In this document: positions 1 to 8,600 of the stretch, piece by piece
Layout of the letters: each line of letters opens with the position of its first letter
How positions within the stretch are numbered: the first letter of the stretch is position 1
Source: Dehalococcoidia bacterium
GTDB lineage: Bacteria > Chloroflexota > Dehalococcoidia > Lucifugimonadales > G958296245
NCBI GenBank assembly: GCA_965262055.1
Contig: CBDHEI010000002.1
Location: 3,220,347 to 3,284,346 of the forward strand
DNA: 64,000 bases
Direction of reading: 5' to 3'
Notes under the pieces: generated by a model
Told to the model about the DNA's origin: nothing
Database searches by the model: none
The model's input: the letters and a program-made list of their open reading frames with translations, nothing else
Made by a program: the position numbers and the translations under genes

Positions 1-850
1 CCGCTTGGCCGACCGCGCCCGCCGCGACAACCCCGGAGCCTACAACTACATCATCCTCATGTCGGATGGCGTCGCCAATGTGGACGCCACGGACCCATTC
101 GCCATCCTCGAGTCCGCCAGCGACAGGGACAGCAGCAACCCGCTGCGCCTTATCACCATCGGGGTCGGCATCGAGAACTACAACGACTACCTGCTGGAGC
201 AGCTGGCCCAGCACGGCAACGGCTGGTACCGGTACCTGAGCGACACCGAGCAGGCGCGGGCGACCTTCAGCCGCGAAAACTGGCTCGCGCTGTCGATACC
301 GTTCGCCGACCAGACGCGCGCCCAGGTGACCTGGGACACCGACGTGGTCAGGTCGTGGCGCATCGTCGGGTACGAGAACCGTGTCACCTCGGACGAGTCC
401 TTCACACAGGCGCGCAAGGAGTTTGCTGAGATACCCGCCGGGGCAGCCACTACGGTCTTCTACGAGCTGGAGCTCAAGGACCAGGGCCGTGGAGAGGTGG
501 TCAAGCTCGGCGACGTTGAGCTGCGGTGGGTTACGCCTTCCTCTGGCGATTCCAACCGCCAGCACGCCGCGATTCTGAGCCGCCGTGACGTGGAGCGGGA
601 CGCGATGGGTGAGGCGATGCTGCAGATGGGCGCCATAGTCGCGCTGTCGTCTGACCTGTACAGCAGCCTTCCTCATGCCGGTTCATCCAGCTCGCAGGTC
701 CATGGGGACCTGGTCTACCTGACGGACGAACTGCTGTCGCTGGATGCGCAGCTCGGCGGTTTCGGCGCCTACCGGGACCTGGTCTTCCTGATGGAGCACA
801 TCACCCGTGACTCCAGGGCGCTTGCCAAGCCCTCCGGTTACAGCCAGTAG
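1..850 (+). CDS. vWA-domain (YfbK-like) protein, 5'-partial; close paralog of 2476..4461
   Basis: Open frame from the window edge to TAG at 848-850. Collinear with 3612..4461 (offset 3611). Motifs IILMSDGVAN, LITIGVG and RIVGYENR. Confidence 0.9.
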   Translation, partial: RLADRARRDNPGAYNYIILMSDGVANVDATDPFAILESASDRDSSNPLRLITIGVGIENYNDYLLEQLAQHGNGWYRYLSDTEQARATFSRENWLALSIPFADQTRAQVTWDTDVVRSWRIVGYENRVTSDESFTQARKEFAEIPAGAATTVFYELELKDQGRGEVVKLGDVELRWVTPSSGDSNRQHAAILSRRDVERDAMGEAMLQMGAIVALSSDLYSSLPHAGSSSSQVHGDLVYLTDELLSLDAQLGGFGAYRDLVFLMEHITRDSRALAKPSGYSQ

Positions 851-864
851 ATCAAGCCCGGAAA

Positions 865-900
865 CGGGGGCGCGGTGAGGTTCATCTCACCGCGCCCCCG
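865..900 (+). terminator. perfect 15-bp GC-rich hairpin without U-tract (terminator or mRNA-stabilising stem)
   Basis: CGGGGGCGCGGTGAG-gttcat-CTCACCGCGCCCCCG, 14 nt after the stop at 850. Confidence 0.6.
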
Positions 901-983
901 GCGGGATATCTCGGACCCGTGCAGCAGGAAATGAAGCGCTAGTCAACGGGCAAATAGCTTAGCCCCATTCAGGAGGAGTAGAG

Positions 984-2438
984 ATGAAGCTCAACGTTAA
1001 GGTCATGGCGGCGGTTCTAGGGTTGGTCACGATGACCATGGTGCTCGCGGCCTGCACCAGGGAAGTGATCAAAGAGGTTCAAGTTCCGAAAATCGTCACC
1101 GAGACGGTGGTGAAGGAAGTGCCGGTCGAGGTCATGGTCGAGAGGGAAGTGGTCAAGGAGGTAACGGTTGAGAGGGTGGTAGAGGTGGAGGTGATCAAAG
1201 AGGTAGCAGTGCCGGGCGAGACGGTAGTTGTAGAGAAGGAGGTAGTCAAGAAGGTCCCGGTCGAGGTGGTGGTCGAGAGAGAGGTGGTCAGGGAGGTGGA
1301 GAAAGTGGTCGAGGTTGAGGTCGCGTACGAGTTTGCTGAGTCGTCACCCTCGTCTAGCTCGCCGCGCCCCGAGGGGCGCTCTATATCCAAGCCGGTAGAG
1401 CTATCAGCTGGTGAGGTAGACGACAACGAGCGCTGGGAGGACTACCTCGTATACCGCGATAGCTACACGGGGCCTCGCGTCCACAACGTCGACGTGTCCG
1501 AGCGGTACGTAATCTCGGTAATAGACGCCCAAGACCGTCCCGTCCCCAACGCCATCGTGCGGGTCTCGGCAGAAGAGATGACCATCTTCGAAGGGCGCAC
1601 CTATGCCAACGGGCAGTCGCTCTTCTTCCCTCTGGCCTTCCCTCAGGCCAGGAATGCATCGGCCTTCCGCCTCTACGTCGAGAAGGACGGCGAAAGCCAG
1701 TACCTGGACACCACCCGCTACGAGGAGAGCGAGTGGGCTGTGAAGCTCGACGTGGACCAGGACAACCCCCGCAGCGTCCCTCTCGACGTCCTGTTCCTCC
1801 TCGACTCGACGGGCAGCATGGCCGACGAGATAGACCAGGTGAAGAATACGCTCCTCTCCGTATCGGAGCGGATACACAGCCTGCCGTCGGAGCCCGACCT
1901 GCGTTTCGGGATGGTGACCTATAGGGACAGGGGAGACGAATACATCACCCGTACCTTCGACTTCGACCGCGATGTGCAACAGTTTCTGCATACGATCAGG
2001 GAAGTGCACGCCGATGGCGGGGGCGACACCCCCGAGTCGGTCAACGAGGCGCTCCACGAGGCCGTCCGAGGTCCCAGCTGGCGGAGCGGCGACGCCATTC
2101 GCCTCGTATTCATGATCGCCGACGCCCCTCCTCACCTGGACTACCCCCAGGACAAGGACTACGCCGAGGAGATGATCGAGGCGCACCGCCGGGGCATCAA
2201 GATATTCACGATAGCTTCCAGTGGACTGGATGACCAGGGCGAGTACGTCTTCAGGCAGATCTCCCAGCACACGATGCGGCGGTTCATCTTCATCGTCTAC
2301 GGCTCAGACGGGCTCACTCCCCACCACGTTAGCGAGTACACGGTCCAACAACTAGACGATCTCGTGGTGAGACTGGTGGAGGAGGAGCTCTCCAACCTTG
2401 AAGGAGACGGTCAGGAGGAGGTAACCCTCAAGCGTTAA
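984..2438 (+). CDS. lipoprotein with Glu/Val/Lys repeat stalk and C-terminal vWA domain
   Basis: AGGAGG RBS; lipobox VLAAC; EVVKEVPVE-type repeats; MIDAS-like LLDSTGSM; GGGDTPES. Confidence 0.9.
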   Translation: MKLNVKVMAAVLGLVTMTMVLAACTREVIKEVQVPKIVTETVVKEVPVEVMVEREVVKEVTVERVVEVEVIKEVAVPGETVVVEKEVVKKVPVEVVVEREVVREVEKVVEVEVAYEFAESSPSSSSPRPEGRSISKPVELSAGEVDDNERWEDYLVYRDSYTGPRVHNVDVSERYVISVIDAQDRPVPNAIVRVSAEEMTIFEGRTYANGQSLFFPLAFPQARNASAFRLYVEKDGESQYLDTTRYEESEWAVKLDVDQDNPRSVPLDVLFLLDSTGSMADEIDQVKNTLLSVSERIHSLPSEPDLRFGMVTYRDRGDEYITRTFDFDRDVQQFLHTIREVHADGGGDTPESVNEALHEAVRGPSWRSGDAIRLVFMIADAPPHLDYPQDKDYAEEMIEAHRRGIKIFTIASSGLDDQGEYVFRQISQHTMRRFIFIVYGSDGLTPHHVSEYTVQQLDDLVVRLVEEELSNLEGDGQEEVTLKR

Positions 2439-2475
2439 TGGGCGGACAAGCAGCTTAACCACAGGAGGAGTAGAG

Positions 2476-4461
2476 ATGAAGCTCAACATTAAGGTCATAG
2501 CGGCGGTTCTTGGGCTGGTAACGATGGCCACCATGCTCGTGGCATGCACTACGGAAGTGATCAAGGAGGTGGCGGTCGAACAGGTCGTCACCGAGACGGT
2601 GGTGAAAGAAGTTCCGGTTGAGGTTGTTGTGGAGAAGGAGGTTGTGAAAGAGGTGCCAGTTCAGAGGGTGGTCGAGGTGGAGGTGATCAAAGAGGTCGAG
2701 GTTCAGAAGGTTGTAGAGAAGGAGGTAGTGAGAGAGGTGGAAAGGCCGGTGATCGTAGAGAAGGAAGTGGTTAGAGAGGTTGAAGTGTTCAGAGAGGTCT
2801 CCGTGGCAGCTCCCGCAGCCGAGAAAGAGGTGCTGAGAGGGGCCGAGAAGGTAGTTGAGCTTATGGTGATTGTTGAAGAGGAGCCTGCAAGGGAAGTCAA
2901 TAAGCCGGTCGTAGAGAAAGAGGTCGTCAAAGAGGTTGCGATGGAGGTCGAGGTCGCGGTATCGGGAGGGTCCACGGGATCCCGGAGACCTTCCACCTCT
3001 CCTGCCTCGACTTCCAGGTCGGGTGGGACCCCGCCGGCCACGACCTTCAAGGACTACCAGCGCGAGAGGTTCGTATCCGCGGTGGAGGACGCGGTCTCGA
3101 CATTCAGCCTCGATACCGACCGCACCTCGTACCACCTCGCCCTCAACTGGGCCCGCACCGGCTACAGGGTCGAGCCCGACTCCGTTAGGGCAGAGGAGTG
3201 GATCAACGCCTTCAACTACGGCTACGAGCCGCCGCTTCACAGCGACAGCTTCGCCATATCGACCGACGTGGTCAGGCACCCCCTGGACGGCGGGCTGCAC
3301 CTCGCGCGAATCGCGTTCCAGGCGCCCGATTTCAGCTACGACAGTACGCCGGTCAACGTGACGCTCGTGCTCGACGCCTCAGGCTCGATGCGTGAAGGAA
3401 ACCGGGTAGACATAGCCAGGGAGACCGCCGAGAGCATCAGGCGCAGCCTGCGCACAGGAGACCGCATCGCCGTCGTACAATTCACCAACAGCGTCGTTGA
3501 CGATCTCACGGTCATGCACACTGACCCGGATGACCGCGATGTCATGAGGTCGATAGACGAGCTCAGACCGCGCGGCTCTACGAACGTGCAGGCCGGCCTG
3601 AATCTCGGTGTGCGTCTCGCCGACCGCGCCCGTCGCGACAACCCCGGATCCTACAACTACATCATCCTCATGTCGGACGGCGTCGCCAATGTGGACGCCA
3701 CAGACCCGTTCGGCATCCTGGAGTCCGCCTACGACCGGGACAGCGGCAACCCGCTGCGGCTGATCACCATCGGGGTCGGCGTCGAGAACTACAACGACTA
3801 CCTCCTGGAGCAGCTGGCCCAGCACGGCAACGGCTGGTACCGGTACCTGAGCGACACCGAGCAAGCGCGGGCGACCTTCAGCCGCGACAACTGGTTGGCC
3901 CTATCCATCCCGTTCGCCGACCAGACCCGCGCCCAGGTGACGTGGGACACCGACGTGGTCAGGTCTTGGCGCATCGTCGGCTACGAGAACCGCGTCACCT
4001 CGGACGAGTCGTTCACGCAGGCTCGCAAGGAGTTCGCTGAAATACCCGCCGGCGCTGCCACGACGGTCTTCTACGAGCTGGAGCTGAGGGACCAGGGTAG
4101 GGGCGATGTTGCCAAGCTCGGCGACATCGAGCTGCGGTGGGTGACCCCGTCCACGGGCGATTCAAACCGCCAGCACGCACCGATCATGAGCCGCAGGGAC
4201 GTGGAGCGTGACGCGATGGGTGAGGCGATGCTGCAGATGGGCGCCATCGTGGCCCTGTCTTCGGACTTGTACAGCAGCCTTCCTCATGCACGCTCGTCCG
4301 ACTCGCAGGTAGATAGAGACCTCGCCTACCTGATGGACGAGCTCCTGTCGTTGGATGGACAGCTCGGAAGCCTGGGGGCCTACCGGGACATGGTCTTCCT
4401 GATGGAGCACATCACCCGCGATTCCAGGGCGGCGTCTATGCCTTCCGGCTACAGCCGGTAG
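2476..4461 (+). CDS. vWA-domain (YfbK-like) lipoprotein with Glu/Val/Lys repeat stalk
   Basis: RBS; lipobox MLVAC; long EV repeats; STFSLDTDRTSY and VRAEEWINAF (vWF_A N-terminal-like); MIDAS VLDASGSM. Confidence 0.9.
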   Translation: MKLNIKVIAAVLGLVTMATMLVACTTEVIKEVAVEQVVTETVVKEVPVEVVVEKEVVKEVPVQRVVEVEVIKEVEVQKVVEKEVVREVERPVIVEKEVVREVEVFREVSVAAPAAEKEVLRGAEKVVELMVIVEEEPAREVNKPVVEKEVVKEVAMEVEVAVSGGSTGSRRPSTSPASTSRSGGTPPATTFKDYQRERFVSAVEDAVSTFSLDTDRTSYHLALNWARTGYRVEPDSVRAEEWINAFNYGYEPPLHSDSFAISTDVVRHPLDGGLHLARIAFQAPDFSYDSTPVNVTLVLDASGSMREGNRVDIARETAESIRRSLRTGDRIAVVQFTNSVVDDLTVMHTDPDDRDVMRSIDELRPRGSTNVQAGLNLGVRLADRARRDNPGSYNYIILMSDGVANVDATDPFGILESAYDRDSGNPLRLITIGVGVENYNDYLLEQLAQHGNGWYRYLSDTEQARATFSRDNWLALSIPFADQTRAQVTWDTDVVRSWRIVGYENRVTSDESFTQARKEFAEIPAGAATTVFYELELRDQGRGDVAKLGDIELRWVTPSTGDSNRQHAPIMSRRDVERDAMGEAMLQMGAIVALSSDLYSSLPHARSSDSQVDRDLAYLMDELLSLDGQLGSLGAYRDMVFLMEHITRDSRAASMPSGYSR

Positions 4462-4482
4462 AAACCTCGCGATTCTTGCAAA

Positions 4483-4514
4483 TGGGGTGCGGCGAGATGC
4501 CTCGCCGCACCCCA
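4483..4514 (+). terminator. perfect 14-bp hairpin, homolog of 865-900
   Basis: TGGGGTGCGGCGAG-atgc-CTCGCCGCACCCCA, 21 nt after the stop at 4461. Confidence 0.6.
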
Positions 4515-4542
4515 AGCCGGTGCAGGAGAGAAGGAGAAGACA

Positions 4543-4878
4543 ATGAAGCCGAATACGATCAGGAAGGCCGCTATCAAGATAGGTGTTGGGGTGCCTGCCA
4601 TGCTGGTACTGGCGCCCGCAGTGCCGTGGTTGGTGCTCGTACTCCACGAGCCGCTGACCGACTGGCTGACGTGGATAATGCCCGGGGTATGGGCGGACGC
4701 ATACCAGGAGGAGAGGGTGTCATTCGGGATAGTGGACAAGATGCAGTCCCTCGGAGAGTGGGTAGCAGCCGGGGGCGTGCTGACGGCGCTCGTTGTGGCG
4801 ATAGCGTCAGGGGTTGCCTTCGTGGTCTGGGGCGCATTCCATCTTCTGGGGGAGATTGCCAGGGGAGAGCGCGAGTAG
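4543..4878 (+). CDS. small hypothetical membrane protein (two hydrophobic segments)
   Basis: AGGAG RBS, 111 aa, two long hydrophobic stretches, in line with the vWA array. Confidence 0.7.
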   Translation: MKPNTIRKAAIKIGVGVPAMLVLAPAVPWLVLVLHEPLTDWLTWIMPGVWADAYQEERVSFGIVDKMQSLGEWVAAGGVLTALVVAIASGVAFVVWGAFHLLGEIARGERE

Positions 4879-4932
4879 GCTAACGAGTCAGGTCTGACGG
4901 GTAATGGAAGACTTCGTTCAGGAGGTGTTGAA

Positions 4933-6534
4933 ATGAGGCAATTCAGGTTCACGTTGATTCTTGGGTTAGCCGCGCTGATCACGGTTCTCGCGGCCTGTAC
5001 AAGGGAGGTGGTCAAAGAGGTGCAGGTAGAGGGGGTGGTCATGGAGCAAATGGTGAAAGAGGGCACCGTAGAGATGATGGCCGAGTTTGACAGGGGCGAG
5101 TCTGAGGGGTTCAACGCCATAGGCGGCACTGCGACTGTCAACGACGAGCCCTACGACCTCACATTCTTCCAGCACTATGGGGTAAACCCCTTCATCGACA
5201 CCGAGGACGACCACCTGTCCACTTTCGCCATGGACGTGGACACGGCGTCGTACACCGTGACGCGGCGCTTCCTGCAGGACGGCAATCTGCCGGACCCGGA
5301 CTCGGTGCGTGTCGAGGAGTTTGTGAACTTCTTTGAGCAGGGCTACGACCCGCCCACGGTGGGCGCCTTTGCCATGCACTTCGAGGGTTCGCCTTCACCG
5401 TTCGGCGGCGGCAACCATTGGCTCATGAGAGTAGGCCTGCAGGGGAGGTCGGTTGACCCAGGGCAGAGGAAGGACGCGACGCTCATCTTTGCCATCGACG
5501 TATCGGGCTCCATGGCCCGCGAGGACAGGCTGGGGATGGTCAAGAGGGCCCTGCAGATGCTCGTCGATGAGCTAAGTCCCAATGACGAAGTTGGGATCGT
5601 CGTCTACGGAAACAGCGGGAGGGTTGTCCTGGAGCCCACGAGCGGCGACAACAAAGAGATGATAATGAGCGCAGTGCGCTCCCTGACCCCGGCAGGGTCG
5701 ACCTACGTGGAAGACGGGTTGAAACTGGCGTATGGGTTGGCAGGTGAGCGGGCGCGGCAGGAGAGGCCAGGTCGGATTACCCGTGTCCTTCTCCTCTCGG
5801 ACGGCGTGGGCAACGTCGGCCGGACCGGCGCGGACAGCATCCTGCGTCAGATCAGAGACCACGTTGAAGAGGGCGTAACCCTCACGACGGTCGGTTTCGG
5901 TATGGGCAACTACAACGATGTACTTATGGAGCGGCTCGCCAACGACGGAGACGGGAGCTATTTCTACGTCGACTCCCTCACAGAGGCGAGGCGCATATTC
6001 TCAGAGAACCTCGTGGGCACCCTGCAAGTTATCGCCAAGGACGCCAAGGTGCAGGTAGACTTCAACCCCGATGTGGTCAGTCGCTACAGGCTGCTCGGGT
6101 ACGAGAACCGCCGAGTTGCTGACGAGGACTTCCGAAACGACGCCGTGGACGCGGGCGAAGTAGGCGCCGGACACAGCGTCACGGCGCTCTACGAGCTGAA
6201 GCTGCGCGACGACGCCGACGGGGCGTTGGCGACCGTGGTGCTGCGCTATGAGGACCCCGACACCGGGGAAGTCTCCGAGCTGAGCCGCGAGTTTCAGCGC
6301 AGCGAGCTCGCTGCCGGGTTTGAGGAGGCATCGCCGAGGTTCCAGATGGCGGCGGTGGTTGCAGAGTACGCCGAGCTGCTGCGCGGTAGCTACTGGGCTC
6401 AGGACGGCAGCCTGAGCGCCGTCGTCCCGGAGGCCATGCGCGTTCGAGACCTGCTCGCGGAGGACATCAGCGTCGCTGAGTTCGCCGACCTCTCCGCTCG
6501 CACGGCGAAGGTATGGGCGACTATGAACCAGTAG
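4933..6534 (+). CDS. YfbK-like vWA lipoprotein (vWF_A N-terminal, vWA, DUF3520-like C-terminal)
   Basis: Lipobox VLAAC; STFAMDVDTASY; VRVEEFVNFF; MIDAS AIDVSGSM; LLGYENR; DAGEVGAGHSVTALYE. Confidence 0.92.
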   Translation: MRQFRFTLILGLAALITVLAACTREVVKEVQVEGVVMEQMVKEGTVEMMAEFDRGESEGFNAIGGTATVNDEPYDLTFFQHYGVNPFIDTEDDHLSTFAMDVDTASYTVTRRFLQDGNLPDPDSVRVEEFVNFFEQGYDPPTVGAFAMHFEGSPSPFGGGNHWLMRVGLQGRSVDPGQRKDATLIFAIDVSGSMAREDRLGMVKRALQMLVDELSPNDEVGIVVYGNSGRVVLEPTSGDNKEMIMSAVRSLTPAGSTYVEDGLKLAYGLAGERARQERPGRITRVLLLSDGVGNVGRTGADSILRQIRDHVEEGVTLTTVGFGMGNYNDVLMERLANDGDGSYFYVDSLTEARRIFSENLVGTLQVIAKDAKVQVDFNPDVVSRYRLLGYENRRVADEDFRNDAVDAGEVGAGHSVTALYELKLRDDADGALATVVLRYEDPDTGEVSELSREFQRSELAAGFEEASPRFQMAAVVAEYAELLRGSYWAQDGSLSAVVPEAMRVRDLLAEDISVAEFADLSARTAKVWATMNQ

Positions 6535-6566
6535 ACACCGGATGCCGCCGCGCTGCGGTTGCTAAA

Positions 6567-8268
6567 CCCGAATCCACCGAAGGACACCGATGGACGGCGT
6601 GAGGACAGCGGCAGGGTGGGTGAGGGAGCTACAGGGGAGATGGCTGGGCTCATTGGGGTAGATTGGATCGGCGAACGGTCTTCAGTCGCCGCAGAGGGCC
6701 CCTATGGCCCTCTGCGGGAGCTGCGATGCGCGGGATGGCGAGAGAATACGCAGCAGGGAACTCTCTCGGACCGGGGTGGCACGAGTTTGCAGGGAAGTTG
6801 GGTCAGTTGCAGGCTGGCAGTTCAGGCGGGGAGTGGAATGGCTCGCAGCCGGGCCATGGCGCGAGTGAACTGGGTTTCCCAAGTCCAATGCTGGGGAAGA
6901 TGCAGGGTAAGGCGGCGCGCCGAGCGGGTGATCCGTCCCACCAGAGCGAAGACCCGCCGCCTGAGGGTCTTGGTGGTCACGGTCCGTTCGGCCAGACCGA
7001 TGCGCGCTGTCCAGCGGGCGAGGTTGTGTGCCATCACCTGCACCGCCAGCCAGGCGCCGTTGGCGGCGAAGCGCCCCGAGGGGAGATGGTTGAGTCCGAC
7101 GCCGTGTTTCAGGTCTCGAATGGCGTTCTCGATCTCGGCGTGGCGGCGATGATCGGCCTCCAGTTCCAGGGTTTCCCCGTCCCGGTCGGTGATGAAGCCG
7201 TGATAGCTGTAGGTGGCGAAGAGGGCCAACTGGGAACCGGGCGTGGGCTTCACCCGCCGGACGATGAGCCGCACCGGCGCGGCGTCGGGTTCACTCTGGA
7301 AGGGGGTATAGGTGGTCTCGGCCACATCGGCGGCGCCGTCCATCCAGTAGGGAATCGGCGTCCAGTCCTGCTCGGGGATCGCCTCAATCAACTCCCGCAG
7401 GCCTTTGTGCTGGCGGATGGTGATGGAGAAGCGGACACCCATCTCGCGGCAGACGGCGACGAGAGCGTGGGCGTAGAAGCCGCTGTCGGCGCGCACCGTG
7501 AGTTGGCCGCTGGCCCCACCGTAGCGCACCCGCCCCACCGTTTCACGCAGGAAGTGGGCAGCGCCGCGAGCGGTGTTGGCACGGCCCTCGCGCAGCCGGG
7601 ACATCAGCACGTCGCCGGTTCCGGCGGCGATGGCCAGCAGTGGGTGATAGCCCCGCGCGCCGGTGTAGTTGTGGTGTCGCGCCCCTTCTTTGTCCAGTCC
7701 ATAGGTCTCGCAGATGGTGGAGTCCAGGTCGATGGTAAGGGGCGAGTCGCCGGGTCCGGCCCCAGCGGCCCATGCGCGTGCCAGCAACTGGCGGCTCACC
7801 CGGTCGAGTTGACGGACATGCCCCCACCGGAAGCTGCGCAGGAAGGTGCCCAGGGTGGATGGCGCCTTGACCACGCAGCCGAGAACACCGACCGTCCCAC
7901 CAGCACGCAGCGCATCAGCGTCGTCGATGAAGTCGCCGCCCGCCAGCGCGGAAGCGACCAGCGTCAGCAGTTTGTCCCCCGTGTTCGCCCGCCCCGGTGC
8001 GCAGCCGAGGTCGAGGTGATGGTCGACGAGTTCCCGCAGGCCCAGGTGCTGTGCAAGGGTGGCCGGCAGGAGCAGGCCGGCATTGGCCACCAGGCGGTGG
8101 TCGTCAAAGACGACGCGGATACGGTCGGGATTGTTCTGTGGCAGCATCTACTGGGTGCTCCTTGTTTCCGGGCGGTTTTCTGTTTCAAAACCATTCTCCC
8201 AGATTCAGAGGAGCACCCTCTGGCTTCTTCAAGGACTGTCCCCAAAGTCGTCTTTCGGTGGATTCGGG
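6567..8268 (-). mobile_element. IS1380-family element A, copy 1 (1702 bp)
   Basis: 15-bp TIR CCCGAATCCACCGAA at both ends; 5-bp direct repeat CTAAA at 6562-6566 and 8269-8273. Confidence 0.95.
6822..8147 (-). CDS. IS1380-family DDE transposase (441 aa, intact)
   Basis: IDLDST, VRADSGF and AEIENAIRDLK catalytic-type motifs; near-identical to 42404..43729 and 57806..59131. Confidence 0.93.
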   Translation of the reverse strand: MLPQNNPDRIRVVFDDHRLVANAGLLLPATLAQHLGLRELVDHHLDLGCAPGRANTGDKLLTLVASALAGGDFIDDADALRAGGTVGVLGCVVKAPSTLGTFLRSFRWGHVRQLDRVSRQLLARAWAAGAGPGDSPLTIDLDSTICETYGLDKEGARHHNYTGARGYHPLLAIAAGTGDVLMSRLREGRANTARGAAHFLRETVGRVRYGGASGQLTVRADSGFYAHALVAVCREMGVRFSITIRQHKGLRELIEAIPEQDWTPIPYWMDGAADVAETTYTPFQSEPDAAPVRLIVRRVKPTPGSQLALFATYSYHGFITDRDGETLELEADHRRHAEIENAIRDLKHGVGLNHLPSGRFAANGAWLAVQVMAHNLARWTARIGLAERTVTTKTLRRRVFALVGRITRSARRLTLHLPQHWTWETQFTRAMARLRAIPLPA

Positions 8269-8270
8269 CT

Positions 8271-8309
8271 AAAGAGGGGCCGACTCCGAGAGCCGGCCCC
8301 TCTTTCTTT
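8271..8309 (+). terminator. intrinsic terminator of the vWA array, now separated from it by the IS
   Basis: AAAGAGGGGCCG (8271-8282) pairs with CGGCCCCTCTTT (8294-8305), followed by CTTT. Confidence 0.75.
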
Positions 8310-8326
8310 GCTACGGGGGGTATCCA

Positions 8327-8600
8327 ATCATCCCAATCACAGACACTGCACAAAGCACAGTCGCTTTGACCTACACGCACGTGTGCGCTACTCTATCGCC
8401 ATGGATCGATTAGCATCTACGCCGCTACCCCGCCGCTCCGCATCCAGTGGCGCCGGGGAACTGTTTCACTTTCGTTCCAAAAGCGTCTCAAATGCGCCCA
8501 CTCGTGTCTCAGAGACGCTCCAATCGCTCCCAAAGAACCTGAAGCCCCAGATAGGAAATGGAACAAAATGGAACAGAACGGAACACTTTTCAGGGGCTCC
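8327..8600 (+). repeat. dispersed promoter plus leaderless-ORF cassette, copy A
   Basis: Shares ATCATCCCAATCAC, promoter geometry, CAGATAGGAAA and GGAACACTTT with the reverse complement of about 59680-59947. Confidence 0.75.
8366..8394 (+). promoter_or_regulatory. sigma70-type promoter TTGACC-N17-TACTCT, ATG 6 nt downstream (leaderless geometry)
   Basis: Direct reading of the sequence; the same geometry occurs at 59877-59905 on the minus strand. Confidence 0.6.

Noticed and set aside
1060-2960. Repetitive DNA in the stalks as a possible CRISPR or VNTR array
   Set aside because: These are degenerate codon-level repeats within ORFs, with no constant repeat plus unique spacer structure and no cas genes.
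6663-8369. Long antisense ORFs over the IS copies (6663..8369, 42542..43939, 56699..59449)
   Set aside because: They shadow the high-GC transposase, have different starts and ends in each copy, and have no recognisable motifs.
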